Below are positions 31,522 to 38,643 of a stretch of 64,000 nt of DNA, in pieces; position 1 is the first letter of the stretch; each line of letters starts with the position of its first letter. The stretch lies in contig DASXUN010000003.1 of NCBI GenBank assembly GCA_036504815.1, positions 220,784-284,783 on the forward strand, written 5' to 3'. The DNA is from Gemmatimonadaceae bacterium (lineage in GTDB: Bacteria > Gemmatimonadota > Gemmatimonadetes > Gemmatimonadales > Gemmatimonadaceae). The notes under the pieces are model-generated. The model searched no databases and was not told the DNA's origin. It was given only the letters and a program-made list of their open reading frames with translations. The translations under genes and the position numbers were made by a program.

Positions 31522-32625
31522 TCACGTTCCGGCGGCGAACCCGCGGAGTTTCCGCAGCATCGCGCGGTCGTTGCTGACCATGTCGTCGCCCTTGGGCGTC
31601 TCGAGCACCTTCGCGATCGACGCGAGGCGCGGGTCGGTCATGATCCGCCGGAAGGGGCCGTCGCCAATGGCGCCGGCGCCGATCAATTCATGCCGGTCCT
31701 TCCTTGAGCCGAGCGGTGCCTTGGAGTCGTTCAAGTGGAGGAGGCCGAGGCGAGGCAGACCGAGGACGTCGGCGAAACGCGCGATGACGCCATCGAAATC
31801 GCCGACGAGGTCGTACCCGGCGGCGAAGACGTGCGCAGTGTCGAGGCAGACGCCGACTCTGGGCTGCAGGGCGGCGGGGAGGCGGCTGAGCAGGAGGGCC
31901 ATCTCCTCGAACGACGATCCGATAACGGTCCCCTGGCCGGCCGTGAGCTCCATCAAGAGGCGTGTGGGGCCCGCGACACGTTCCAGCACTTCGGTGATCG
32001 CGTCGGCGTTGCGGGCGATGCCGCTCGCGCGGTCGTCCATGAAGTTGCCCGGATGCGAGACAACGGCGTCGAGGCCGAGCGCGTTGCTGCGGCGCATCTC
32101 GTGCTCGAACGAGTCGATGGACTTGGCGCGCAGTTCCGGGTTGGGTGAGGCGAGGTTGATGAGGTAGCTGTCGTGGGCGTTGGTGAAGGCCACTGGCGTG
32201 GCGGACCGCGCCTCTCGGAACGCAGCAACCTCGGCGTCGTCGAACAGCCGCTCCTTCCACTGGTTGGCCTGCTTGGTGAACAGCTGGATGGCCGTGGCGC
32301 CGATATCCACACCGCGCGGTGGGGCAGTAGCCGCGCCGCCGGAGGTGCTCACGTGCGCGCCGAGCGGTGCCCCGGTGTACGGAATGTCGTAGGGCGACGG
32401 TCCGGCAGCGGCGGGCACCGTTCCCGGCTTCGGCACGGTGACCGCGCGCGTGGACTTGGGGCGAACGCCGCGCGCGATGGGAGCGGGTTTCTGCGCGGCC
32501 GGCTTCTTGGTCGCCGGTTTCTTCGTTGCGGGCTTCTTCACCGCGGGCTTCTTCGCGGCCTGTTTCTTCGCGGCCGGTTTCTTTGCGCGCGAAATCGCGG
32601 TTGCGCGCCGTTTGCTAGGGGGCAT
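31522..32625 (-). CDS. nfo: endonuclease IV with an N-terminal Lys/Ala/Pro-rich (histone H1-like) tail
   Basis: ORF 31522..32724. Start at ATG 32625. Tail AKKPAAKKQAAKKPAVKKPATKKPATKKPAAQKP. Nfo core with GLLHLNDSK...RKDRHE. Confidence 0.9.
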   Translation of the reverse strand: MPPSKRRATAISRAKKPAAKKQAAKKPAVKKPATKKPATKKPAAQKPAPIARGVRPKSTRAVTVPKPGTVPAAAGPSPYDIPYTGAPLGAHVSTSGGAATAPPRGVDIGATAIQLFTKQANQWKERLFDDAEVAAFREARSATPVAFTNAHDSYLINLASPNPELRAKSIDSFEHEMRRSNALGLDAVVSHPGNFMDDRASGIARNADAITEVLERVAGPTRLLMELTAGQGTVIGSSFEEMALLLSRLPAALQPRVGVCLDTAHVFAAGYDLVGDFDGVIARFADVLGLPRLGLLHLNDSKAPLGSRKDRHELIGAGAIGDGPFRRIMTDPRLASIAKVLETPKGDDMVSNDRAMLRKLRGFAAGT

Positions 32626-32649
32626 CGTGCCTCGCTCCGTTCGTAAGTC

Positions 32650-32704
32650 GAAATCCGGAATCGCGATCCTGAATCCCGTTCCGAATTCCCAATCCTCAAT
32701 CGTC
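32650..32704. repeat. AATCC-type 7-bp-phased repeat tract
   Basis: gaaatcc ggaatcg cgatcct gaatccc gttccga attccca atcctca atcgtc. 32680..32702 is identical to 55977..55999. Confidence 0.85.
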
Positions 32705-32911
32705 TTACTCGAACTCCCCGTCACGCCCCCTGAGCCGTTTCCCGCACCGCGGACAATGCAGCAAGTCGCCCGCCTCGTGCAGCGCGAAGTCGTAGCTGCG
32801 TCCGCACGTGCAGTTGGCCTCGAGCGCTTCCGAACCGCAGACGATGCAGAAGCGATCGTCCTCTTCGTACGCGCGCAGTCGGCTGCACACCGCGCATCGC
32901 TTGGTGATCAT
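32705..32911 (-). CDS. double zinc-ribbon small protein (68 aa)
   Basis: C-terminal 68 codons of ORF 32705..34141: MITKRCAVCSRLRAYEEDDRFCIVCGSEALEANCTCGRSYDFALHEAGDLLHCPRCGKRL. Its ATG overlaps the M23-peptidase stop (ATGA). Confidence 0.6.
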   Translation of the reverse strand: MITKRCAVCSRLRAYEEDDRFCIVCGSEALEANCTCGRSYDFALHEAGDLLHCPRCGKRLRGRDGEFE

Positions 32912-34155
32912 CGCCGGCTCCTGAGCCATTCGAGCGGATCCACGGCGCGCCCCTTGGGACGCATCTCGAAGTGCAGGTGGGCCTCGAGGTCCGGATCGGT
33001 GCGGCCGACGGTGCCCACGCTCTGTCCCTTCTGGATGGACTGTCCCTTGCGCACGTCGAGGCGGGCGAGCGAGCCATACACCGAGAAGTCGCCGTCGCCG
33101 TGACTCACGATCACGGTCTGCCCGTACGTGCCGAACGCCTCCGCCAGCACCACCTGCCCGCCGGCGACCGCCTTCACCGCCGTCCCCGCCGCGGCGCCGA
33201 TGCCGATGCCATTCCAGCGCGTGGTGGTGTTGTTGGGATTCACGACGCGGCCGAAGCGATACAGGATCGTTCCTTCCACCGGCCAGTCGAGGCGGCCAAG
33301 GTCGCTGGTGCGCAGCATGCTCGGGGCGGAGGGGACGTTGGGGCGCGCCGCGGCCGCGCGGCGGCGTTCGTTCTCGAACGTCACGAGCAGGTCGGCGAGG
33401 CGCCTCTCGTCGCGCTGCACCTGCGCCAGGCGCGCCTGCGTCTGCCGCGCCGACTGCTGGACGCGGGCGAGCGCCCGCCCGCGCTGGCTCTCGAGCTCGC
33501 GGAGGCGCCGCTCCTCCTCGCTCTTCTGCTCGCGGTTGAGTTCCATCTCGCCCCGCAGGCGCACCAACTGCGTGCGCGTGCCGGAGACCTGGTCGTTGAG
33601 CAGCTCGACGCGTCGCACGAGCGCGCGATCGCGCTGCGCGACCAGGTGCAGGTACTTGTACCGGGCGACGAGCGCGCCGAACGACTGCGCCGAGAGCAGC
33701 GCCTCGAGCGAATACAGCGGGCCGCGCTTGTAGATCTCGCGCACGCGGCGGCGGAGCATCGACCGCTTGATGACGAGCTCGTCCTGGGCAATCACGAGGC
33801 TCGCGGTCGCGTTGTCCACCTCGCCCTCGAGCGCGTTGATCTGGTAGTCGAGCGATCGCACGAGCCGCGCGGTGGCGTCGGCCTGCCGCTCGATGTTCGT
33901 GCGTTCCTCCCCGATGTCGTGCGCGGAACTCTGCAGCTCCCGCATGCGCTGCTCCAGCCGCTCGCGCTCGGCCCGCATCTTGTCGAGCTCTTCGCGGTTG
34001 GCGCGCGCGCGGTCGGCGGGGGTCTGGGGCTGCTGGGCAGGGATGGCGGAGGGCAGAAGGCAGATGGCGGACACGAAGCCCACGGACATCAGGCGGCGCG
34101 CGATGCGCCGTGCCCGGCCCAAGGCATCCGCCACCCGCCATCCGCCATCCGCCAT
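32908..34155 (-). CDS. M23 peptidase with long coiled coil (EnvC-like murein hydrolase activator)
   Basis: ORF 32908..34272. Coiled-coil N-half. LytM domain with HLHFEMRPKGRAVDP. Start is either ATG 34155 (7 nt spacer after the ftsX stop) or ATG 34089 (MSVGFVSAICLL). Both lie in or near heptamer arrays. Confidence 0.82.
   Translation of the reverse strand: MADGGWRVADALGRARRIARRLMSVGFVSAICLLPSAIPAQQPQTPADRARANREELDKMRAERERLEQRMRELQSSAHDIGEERTNIERQADATARLVRSLDYQINALEGEVDNATASLVIAQDELVIKRSMLRRRVREIYKRGPLYSLEALLSAQSFGALVARYKYLHLVAQRDRALVRRVELLNDQVSGTRTQLVRLRGEMELNREQKSEEERRLRELESQRGRALARVQQSARQTQARLAQVQRDERRLADLLVTFENERRRAAAARPNVPSAPSMLRTSDLGRLDWPVEGTILYRFGRVVNPNNTTTRWNGIGIGAAAGTAVKAVAGGQVVLAEAFGTYGQTVIVSHGDGDFSVYGSLARLDVRKGQSIQKGQSVGTVGRTDPDLEAHLHFEMRPKGRAVDPLEWLRSRR
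34042..34069. repeat. heptamer array (GATGGCG-type, 4 copies)
   Basis: gatggcg gagggca gaaggca gatggcg. Encodes ..SAICLLPSAI.. of the M23 signal peptide. Confidence 0.8.
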
Positions 34156-34156
34156 C
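34125..34156. repeat. heptamer array in the opposite orientation (CATCCGC, i.e. CGCCATC, 4-5 copies)
   Basis: catccgc cacccgc catccgc catccgc catca. Inverted relative to 34042..34069. Spans the candidate ATG 34155. Confidence 0.85.
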
Positions 34157-34162
34157 ACGGTC

Positions 34163-35011
34163 TCACACCCTCTTGAGGTGTCGACCCACGGAAAGCGCCG
34201 ACCCCGCCAGCCCGATGCAGGCGCCGGCGAGCACGCCGGCCGCGCCCATCCACGCCTCGAAGAACTCGGCACGCACGACGAAGCGGTTGATCACCGTCAG
34301 GGCGACCCAGGCGAGCACGAGCGCCAGCACGCCACCCAGGGTCCCCTTGAGGAAGCCCTCGATCAGGAACGGTGCACGCACGAAGCCGTTGGTGGCGCCC
34401 ACCAGGCGCATGACGGCGATTTCACGGGAACGCGCCATGACCGCCATGCGGATCGTCGAGCCGATGATGATGATCGCAACCACCGCAAAGGTGAGTCCGA
34501 GCGCGAGTCCCGCGAGCGTGGCGATGTTGCGCAGGCGATGCAGCTTCTCCACCCACTCCTCGCCGAACCGGATGTCGTCGATGAAGTCGTACACCTCGAT
34601 GCGCTTGGCGACCGCCTTGACCGTGGCGGGGTCGCGGAATCCGGGCTTGAGGCGCACCTCGATGGAAGCCGGGAGAATGCCTTCCTCGAAGACATCGCTG
34701 AACTCGCCGAGTTCGCGGCGCGCACGGTCGAGCGCCTGCTCCTGCGACACGAGCCGCACCGACGCGGCCTCGGGGAAGGCCCCGATGTCGCCCACGGCGG
34801 CGGCGGTCGCTTCACTGCCGGTGCCGTCGGCGATGAACGCGCGGATCTCCACGCGATCCTCGACCGTCTGCAGCGCATTGCGGATATTCAGCGCGACGAG
34901 TCCGAACAGCCCGAAGGCGAAGAGCGAGAAGGCGATGGTCGTCACCGACAGGGCGCTGAGCATCGGCGCGCGGCGGAAGGCGAGCAGGGCTTCGCGGAGG
35001 GCGAGTCTCAC
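34163..35011 (-). CDS. ftsX: cell division permease FtsX
   Basis: ORF 34163..35113. The GTG at 35011 overlaps the ftsE stop (GTGA). LREALLAFRRAPMLSALSVTTIAFSL; four TM helices. Confidence 0.85.
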   Translation of the reverse strand: MRLALREALLAFRRAPMLSALSVTTIAFSLFAFGLFGLVALNIRNALQTVEDRVEIRAFIADGTGSEATAAAVGDIGAFPEAASVRLVSQEQALDRARRELGEFSDVFEEGILPASIEVRLKPGFRDPATVKAVAKRIEVYDFIDDIRFGEEWVEKLHRLRNIATLAGLALGLTFAVVAIIIIGSTIRMAVMARSREIAVMRLVGATNGFVRAPFLIEGFLKGTLGGVLALVLAWVALTVINRFVVRAEFFEAWMGAAGVLAGACIGLAGSALSVGRHLKRV

Positions 35012-35724
35012 TCGGCGTCCTCCATGGACTCGACGGCCTCCGAGGGACGGAAGCCGCCGTCCGACGCCGAATCGAACACCACCTGACCGCGGTTGACCTC
35101 GATGGTGCGGCATCCGGCGCGCCGCACCAGGTCCAGGTCGTGCGTCGCCATCATCACCGCGGTGCCGCTCGCATTGATGTCCCGGAAGAGCTGGAAGATG
35201 CCGCGCGTGGCGCGCTCGTCGAGGTTGCCGGTCGGTTCGTCGGCGATGAGCGCGACCGGGTCGTTGGCGAGGGCGCGCGCGATGGCGACGCGCTGCTGCT
35301 CGCCGCCCGAGAGTTCCTGCGGGAGGGCCGTCGCCTTGGCCGCGAGGCCCACCTGCGCGAGCAGGCGCGAGACGCGCGGCCCGATCTGCGACGACGGCGT
35401 GCCGGTGACCTCGAGCGCGAAGGCGACATTCGCCTCCACGTTGCGGTCCTCGAGCAGGCGGAAGTCCTGGAAGACGACGCCGAGGCGCCGGCGCAGCCTG
35501 GGAATGTCGGCGGGGCGAAAGGCCGACGAACTCGTGCCGTAGACCTTCACCTCACCTTGCGAGGGCTGCTCCTCGAAGAAACAGAGCTTGAGGATCGTGC
35601 TCTTCCCGGCGCCGCTGGGCCCCGTGATGAACACGAACTCGCCCTTGTTCACCTGGAAGGAGACGTCCTGCAGCGCCGCGCCGGTGCGCGCGAACGTCTT
35701 GTGCACGTGGGAGAATCGAATCAT
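35008..35724 (-). CDS. ftsE: cell division ATP-binding protein FtsE
   Basis: MIRFSHVHKTF...GEFVFITGPSGAGKSTILKL; LSGGEQQRVAIARAL; IADEPTGNLD. Confidence 0.95.
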   Translation of the reverse strand: MIRFSHVHKTFARTGAALQDVSFQVNKGEFVFITGPSGAGKSTILKLCFFEEQPSQGEVKVYGTSSSAFRPADIPRLRRRLGVVFQDFRLLEDRNVEANVAFALEVTGTPSSQIGPRVSRLLAQVGLAAKATALPQELSGGEQQRVAIARALANDPVALIADEPTGNLDERATRGIFQLFRDINASGTAVMMATHDLDLVRRAGCRTIEVNRGQVVFDSASDGGFRPSEAVESMEDAE

Positions 35725-35727
35725 GGG

Positions 35728-36888
35728 CTAGCGAAGCGCCTGCTCGAGGTCGGCGATGATGTCCGTCACGCTCTCCAGGCCCACGCTCAGGCGGATGAAG
35801 CCGTCCGGGATGCCGATCCGGGCGCGCTCGTCGGACGACAGGCGCGCATGCGACGAGAAGCGCGGTTCGCTGACCAGCGTGTCCACGCCGCCCAGGCTGG
35901 CCGCATACCGAATGAGCTTGAGCCGCTTGGCGAACTTGTCGGCGGCGCGGGCGCCGCCGGCGAGCTCGAACGAGAGCATGCCGCCGAAGCCGTCGAGCTG
36001 GTCCACGGCGACCGCATGATCGGGATGGCTGGCGAGGCCGGGATAATGGCAGCGCCGCACTTCCCTGCGGCCCTCCAGCCACTCCGCGATCTCCTGCGCC
36101 GACTGGTTCTGGCGCTGCACGCGCACGTCGAGCGTCTTCAGGCCGCGCTCCAGCAGCCAGCAGGCGAACGGGTCGGGCGTCTGGCCCCAGATGATCTCCT
36201 TCTGGCGCACCTCGTCGATGTACGGCGCGGTGCCGCAGACCACCCCGCCGAGCACGTCGTGGTGCCCATTGAGGAACTTCGTGGCCGAGTGGATGACGAC
36301 GTCCGCCCCATGCTCGATGGGGCGGAAGTTCACGGGGCTCGCAAAGGTCGAGTCCACCACCAGCGCGATGCCGATCTCCTTGGTGAGCAGCGAGACGCCG
36401 CGCATGTCGAGGACGCGGCAGGTGGGGTTGACCGGCGACTCGATGAAGATGGCCCGCGTCTCCTTGCGCAGGCGCTTCCGCCAGGCGCGGGGCTCGAACG
36501 GCTCCACGAGCGTGACGTCGATCCCCATCTGGCGGAACTCCTCCATCAGCAGCCGGTGCGTGCCGCCGTAGAGGTACTGGCTGGCCAGCAGGTGGTCCCC
36601 CGGGCGCAGCAGCGCGAGCAGGCCGCAGGCCGTCGCGCCCATCCCGCTCGACAGCACGAGGGCCGCCTCGGCCCCTTCGAGCGCCGCGATGCGCTTCTGG
36701 ATGCGGTCCGCGTTGGGCGTGTTGCCGTAGCGCGTGTACATCAGGTCGTCGCTGCCCGGCTCCTGCACGTAGTTCACCGACTGCACGAGCGGCGGCACCA
36801 CCGGGTCGCCGGCGGCGTGCGGGCCTTCGCCGGCGTGCAGGACGAGCGTCGCGAGCGCGTGGGGGCGGGCGGTCTTCTTGGAGGCCAT
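35728..36888 (-). CDS. PLP-dependent trans-sulfuration enzyme (cystathionine gamma-synthase/beta- or gamma-lyase family)
   Basis: Cys/Met-metabolism PLP fold. Lysine motif VVIHSATKFLNGH. Confidence 0.88.
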   Translation of the reverse strand: MASKKTARPHALATLVLHAGEGPHAAGDPVVPPLVQSVNYVQEPGSDDLMYTRYGNTPNADRIQKRIAALEGAEAALVLSSGMGATACGLLALLRPGDHLLASQYLYGGTHRLLMEEFRQMGIDVTLVEPFEPRAWRKRLRKETRAIFIESPVNPTCRVLDMRGVSLLTKEIGIALVVDSTFASPVNFRPIEHGADVVIHSATKFLNGHHDVLGGVVCGTAPYIDEVRQKEIIWGQTPDPFACWLLERGLKTLDVRVQRQNQSAQEIAEWLEGRREVRRCHYPGLASHPDHAVAVDQLDGFGGMLSFELAGGARAADKFAKRLKLIRYAASLGGVDTLVSEPRFSSHARLSSDERARIGIPDGFIRLSVGLESVTDIIADLEQALR

Positions 36889-36890
36889 GG

Positions 36891-37199
36891 TCAGATCGGC
36901 TTGGGATTCAGCACGGGTCGGTCCGTGTCGACGCGCACGAGGCGGATGATCTCAGTCGGGGCAAGGCCGGCGACGTCACGCACGATGACTCCGCCGCGCG
37001 GCAGCGTGTCGTCGATGATCACCGCGGCCAGGTCATGGCGCCGCGGTCCGTAGATCCACACGATCTCGGCGTTCTCCACGCCGCGCAGCGTGGCGTCGTC
37101 GGGGCGCACGAGGACGGCGGGGCCGCGCTCGGCATCGCCGCGCCGCGTGGCGATGAAGCCGACGACCTGCAGGGGGGGATTGTACCCCGTGGTCATCAC
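36891..37199 (-). CDS. stand-alone small beta-barrel protein resembling a molybdopterin-dinucleotide-binding-type domain (102 aa)
   Basis: VLVRPDDATLRGVENAEIVWIYGPRRHDLAAVIIDDTLPRGGVIV resembles the inpeDA..lGi.dGd.V.v....g......v.d.i.pG pattern of that barrel fold. The GTG overlaps the upstream stop (GTGA). Confidence 0.55.
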   Translation of the reverse strand: MMTTGYNPPLQVVGFIATRRGDAERGPAVLVRPDDATLRGVENAEIVWIYGPRRHDLAAVIIDDTLPRGGVIVRDVAGLAPTEIIRLVRVDTDRPVLNPKPI

Positions 37200-37765
37200 T
37201 GCACCTGCTCGGTCGCGTCGAGCGCGACGAACCCGCTGGTGCCGCGACGCAGGAGCCGTCGGCGCGAGAGTTCGTCAAGCACGCCCGCCACGAAGTCCTC
37301 GCCGAACCCGAACTCGTCGGCCAGGTCGGCGGGGCAGGCCGTGCCGCGTACCCGCACCATGTCCCAGGCGCGGCGCTCGGCCTCGCTCACGCGGCCGATG
37401 AGGCGCGGATTGCCGTCCTCGCAGAGGCAGACGAGCGCCAGCCCGTGGTGCTTGAGCACCGATTCCACGAGTTCCAGGTGATCCTCGCCGATGCCGCGGA
37501 ATATCACGTAGCCGCCGCGCGTGAGGTCATCGTTCTGCAGGAGGACGAGCAGCTTGGCCACCACCTCGTCGGCGCACGAATAGTCCATCAGGCCTATGCT
37601 CGAGAAGTCGAGCGACGTGATGCCCCCCTCGCGGTTGGCCATCAGTTCGCGCTCGATCTGGTGACGGACGGCCATGCCCGTGTCACGCGTGAGCAGGTTG
37701 CCGTAGTTCTGGTTTACGGCGCTCCGCAGCACGGCGCAGACGTCGATGGTGTGCGGCATGGTCAC
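37196..37765 (-). CDS. STAS-like (DUF4325-type) domain protein with a C-terminal winged-helix-like domain
   Basis: GNLLTRDTGMAVRHQIERELMANREGGITSLDFSSIGLMDYSCADEVVAKLL. C-terminal ADLADEFGFGEDFVAGVLDELSRRRLLRR. GTGA overlap with the upstream gene. Confidence 0.65.
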   Translation of the reverse strand: MTMPHTIDVCAVLRSAVNQNYGNLLTRDTGMAVRHQIERELMANREGGITSLDFSSIGLMDYSCADEVVAKLLVLLQNDDLTRGGYVIFRGIGEDHLELVESVLKHHGLALVCLCEDGNPRLIGRVSEAERRAWDMVRVRGTACPADLADEFGFGEDFVAGVLDELSRRRLLRRGTSGFVALDATEQVQ

Positions 37766-38643
37766 CGATCGACCTCTTCCGGAATCATGATGAAGAGTTG
37801 CGTGCCCGGCATCGGCGCCAGGTGGTCACGTCGCACCACATCGTCGTCCCACGGCGGCACATCGGCCACGCGGGCCGTGCCGCTGCGCACGGCCAGCTTG
37901 CCCTTCCACTTCCGCAGGTATCCGCGAATCCCCTTGAAGCCCTGGCCGCGCCCGTGGTCGGGAAAGCGGCTCGTCCCCTGGATCACCGCCGACTCCAGCG
38001 CGACGCCGTCGTCCCAGCGGTCGGTGAGCGGACGGCGATTGCCGCTTTCCAGCGACTGCCGGATGCCAACGCCCGCATCGCAGACCGCGATCTGCACGAC
38101 GTGCCGCCCCATCCGCTTGCGATAGTTGTAGTTCTGCACCGCCACCCAGCCGCCGCGCCCCGCGTGCTCGACGATGTTCTGGCAGGCCTCGGACAGCGCC
38201 ATCGCAAAGCCCATGACGGCGCGCGACTCCAGGTGGAGGTTCTCGGTGAGGATGTGCGCGGCCTTGGCCTGGATGCGCTCGACGACCGTGTGCACGTCGT
38301 CGCTGCGCGAGACCGGGGTGATCTCCAGCAGGGTGCGCGAATCGCGCTCCGGGCGCTGGAACGGGACGCTCCCGACGATCTCGAACAGGTCCTCCGCATA
38401 GCGAAAGAAATTTGCCCGCGACCAGTACGACGAGGTGTCGTCCTTCACCGGGGGCATGAACTGCGGCTTTTCCGCGCGCGTCTGGGCGAGCGTCAGCAGT
38501 GCGGTCAGCCCGTACGGCGACGCCCAGGTCGTGTTGCGGGCGTCGATGAGAATGCGGGCGTCCGCTGGCAATGGCGCGAGCTGCTCGAGCACCTGCTCGA
38601 AGCTCTGGTCGTCCAGCGACGACGGCACGGTGATGACGTTCAC
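37762..38643 (-). CDS. GHKL ATPase / RsbW-SpoIIAB-like serine kinase with an N-terminal STAS-like region
   Basis: N-box SEACQNIVEHA, G1 VCDAGVGI, G2 GRGQGFKGI. N-terminal ARILIDARNTTWASPYGLTALLTL. GTGA overlap with the upstream gene. Confidence 0.72.
   Translation of the reverse strand: MNVITVPSSLDDQSFEQVLEQLAPLPADARILIDARNTTWASPYGLTALLTLAQTRAEKPQFMPPVKDDTSSYWSRANFFRYAEDLFEIVGSVPFQRPERDSRTLLEITPVSRSDDVHTVVERIQAKAAHILTENLHLESRAVMGFAMALSEACQNIVEHAGRGGWVAVQNYNYRKRMGRHVVQIAVCDAGVGIRQSLESGNRRPLTDRWDDGVALESAVIQGTSRFPDHGRGQGFKGIRGYLRKWKGKLAVRSGTARVADVPPWDDDVVRRDHLAPMPGTQLFIMIPEEVDR

Noticed and set aside
32912-34141. 478-aa ORF 32705..34141 as a single gene
   Set aside because: Most of it is an alternative frame of the M23 peptidase gene and encodes Arg/Ala/Pro-rich sequence. 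Only the final 68 codons, after the M23 stop, look like a real zinc-ribbon protein.
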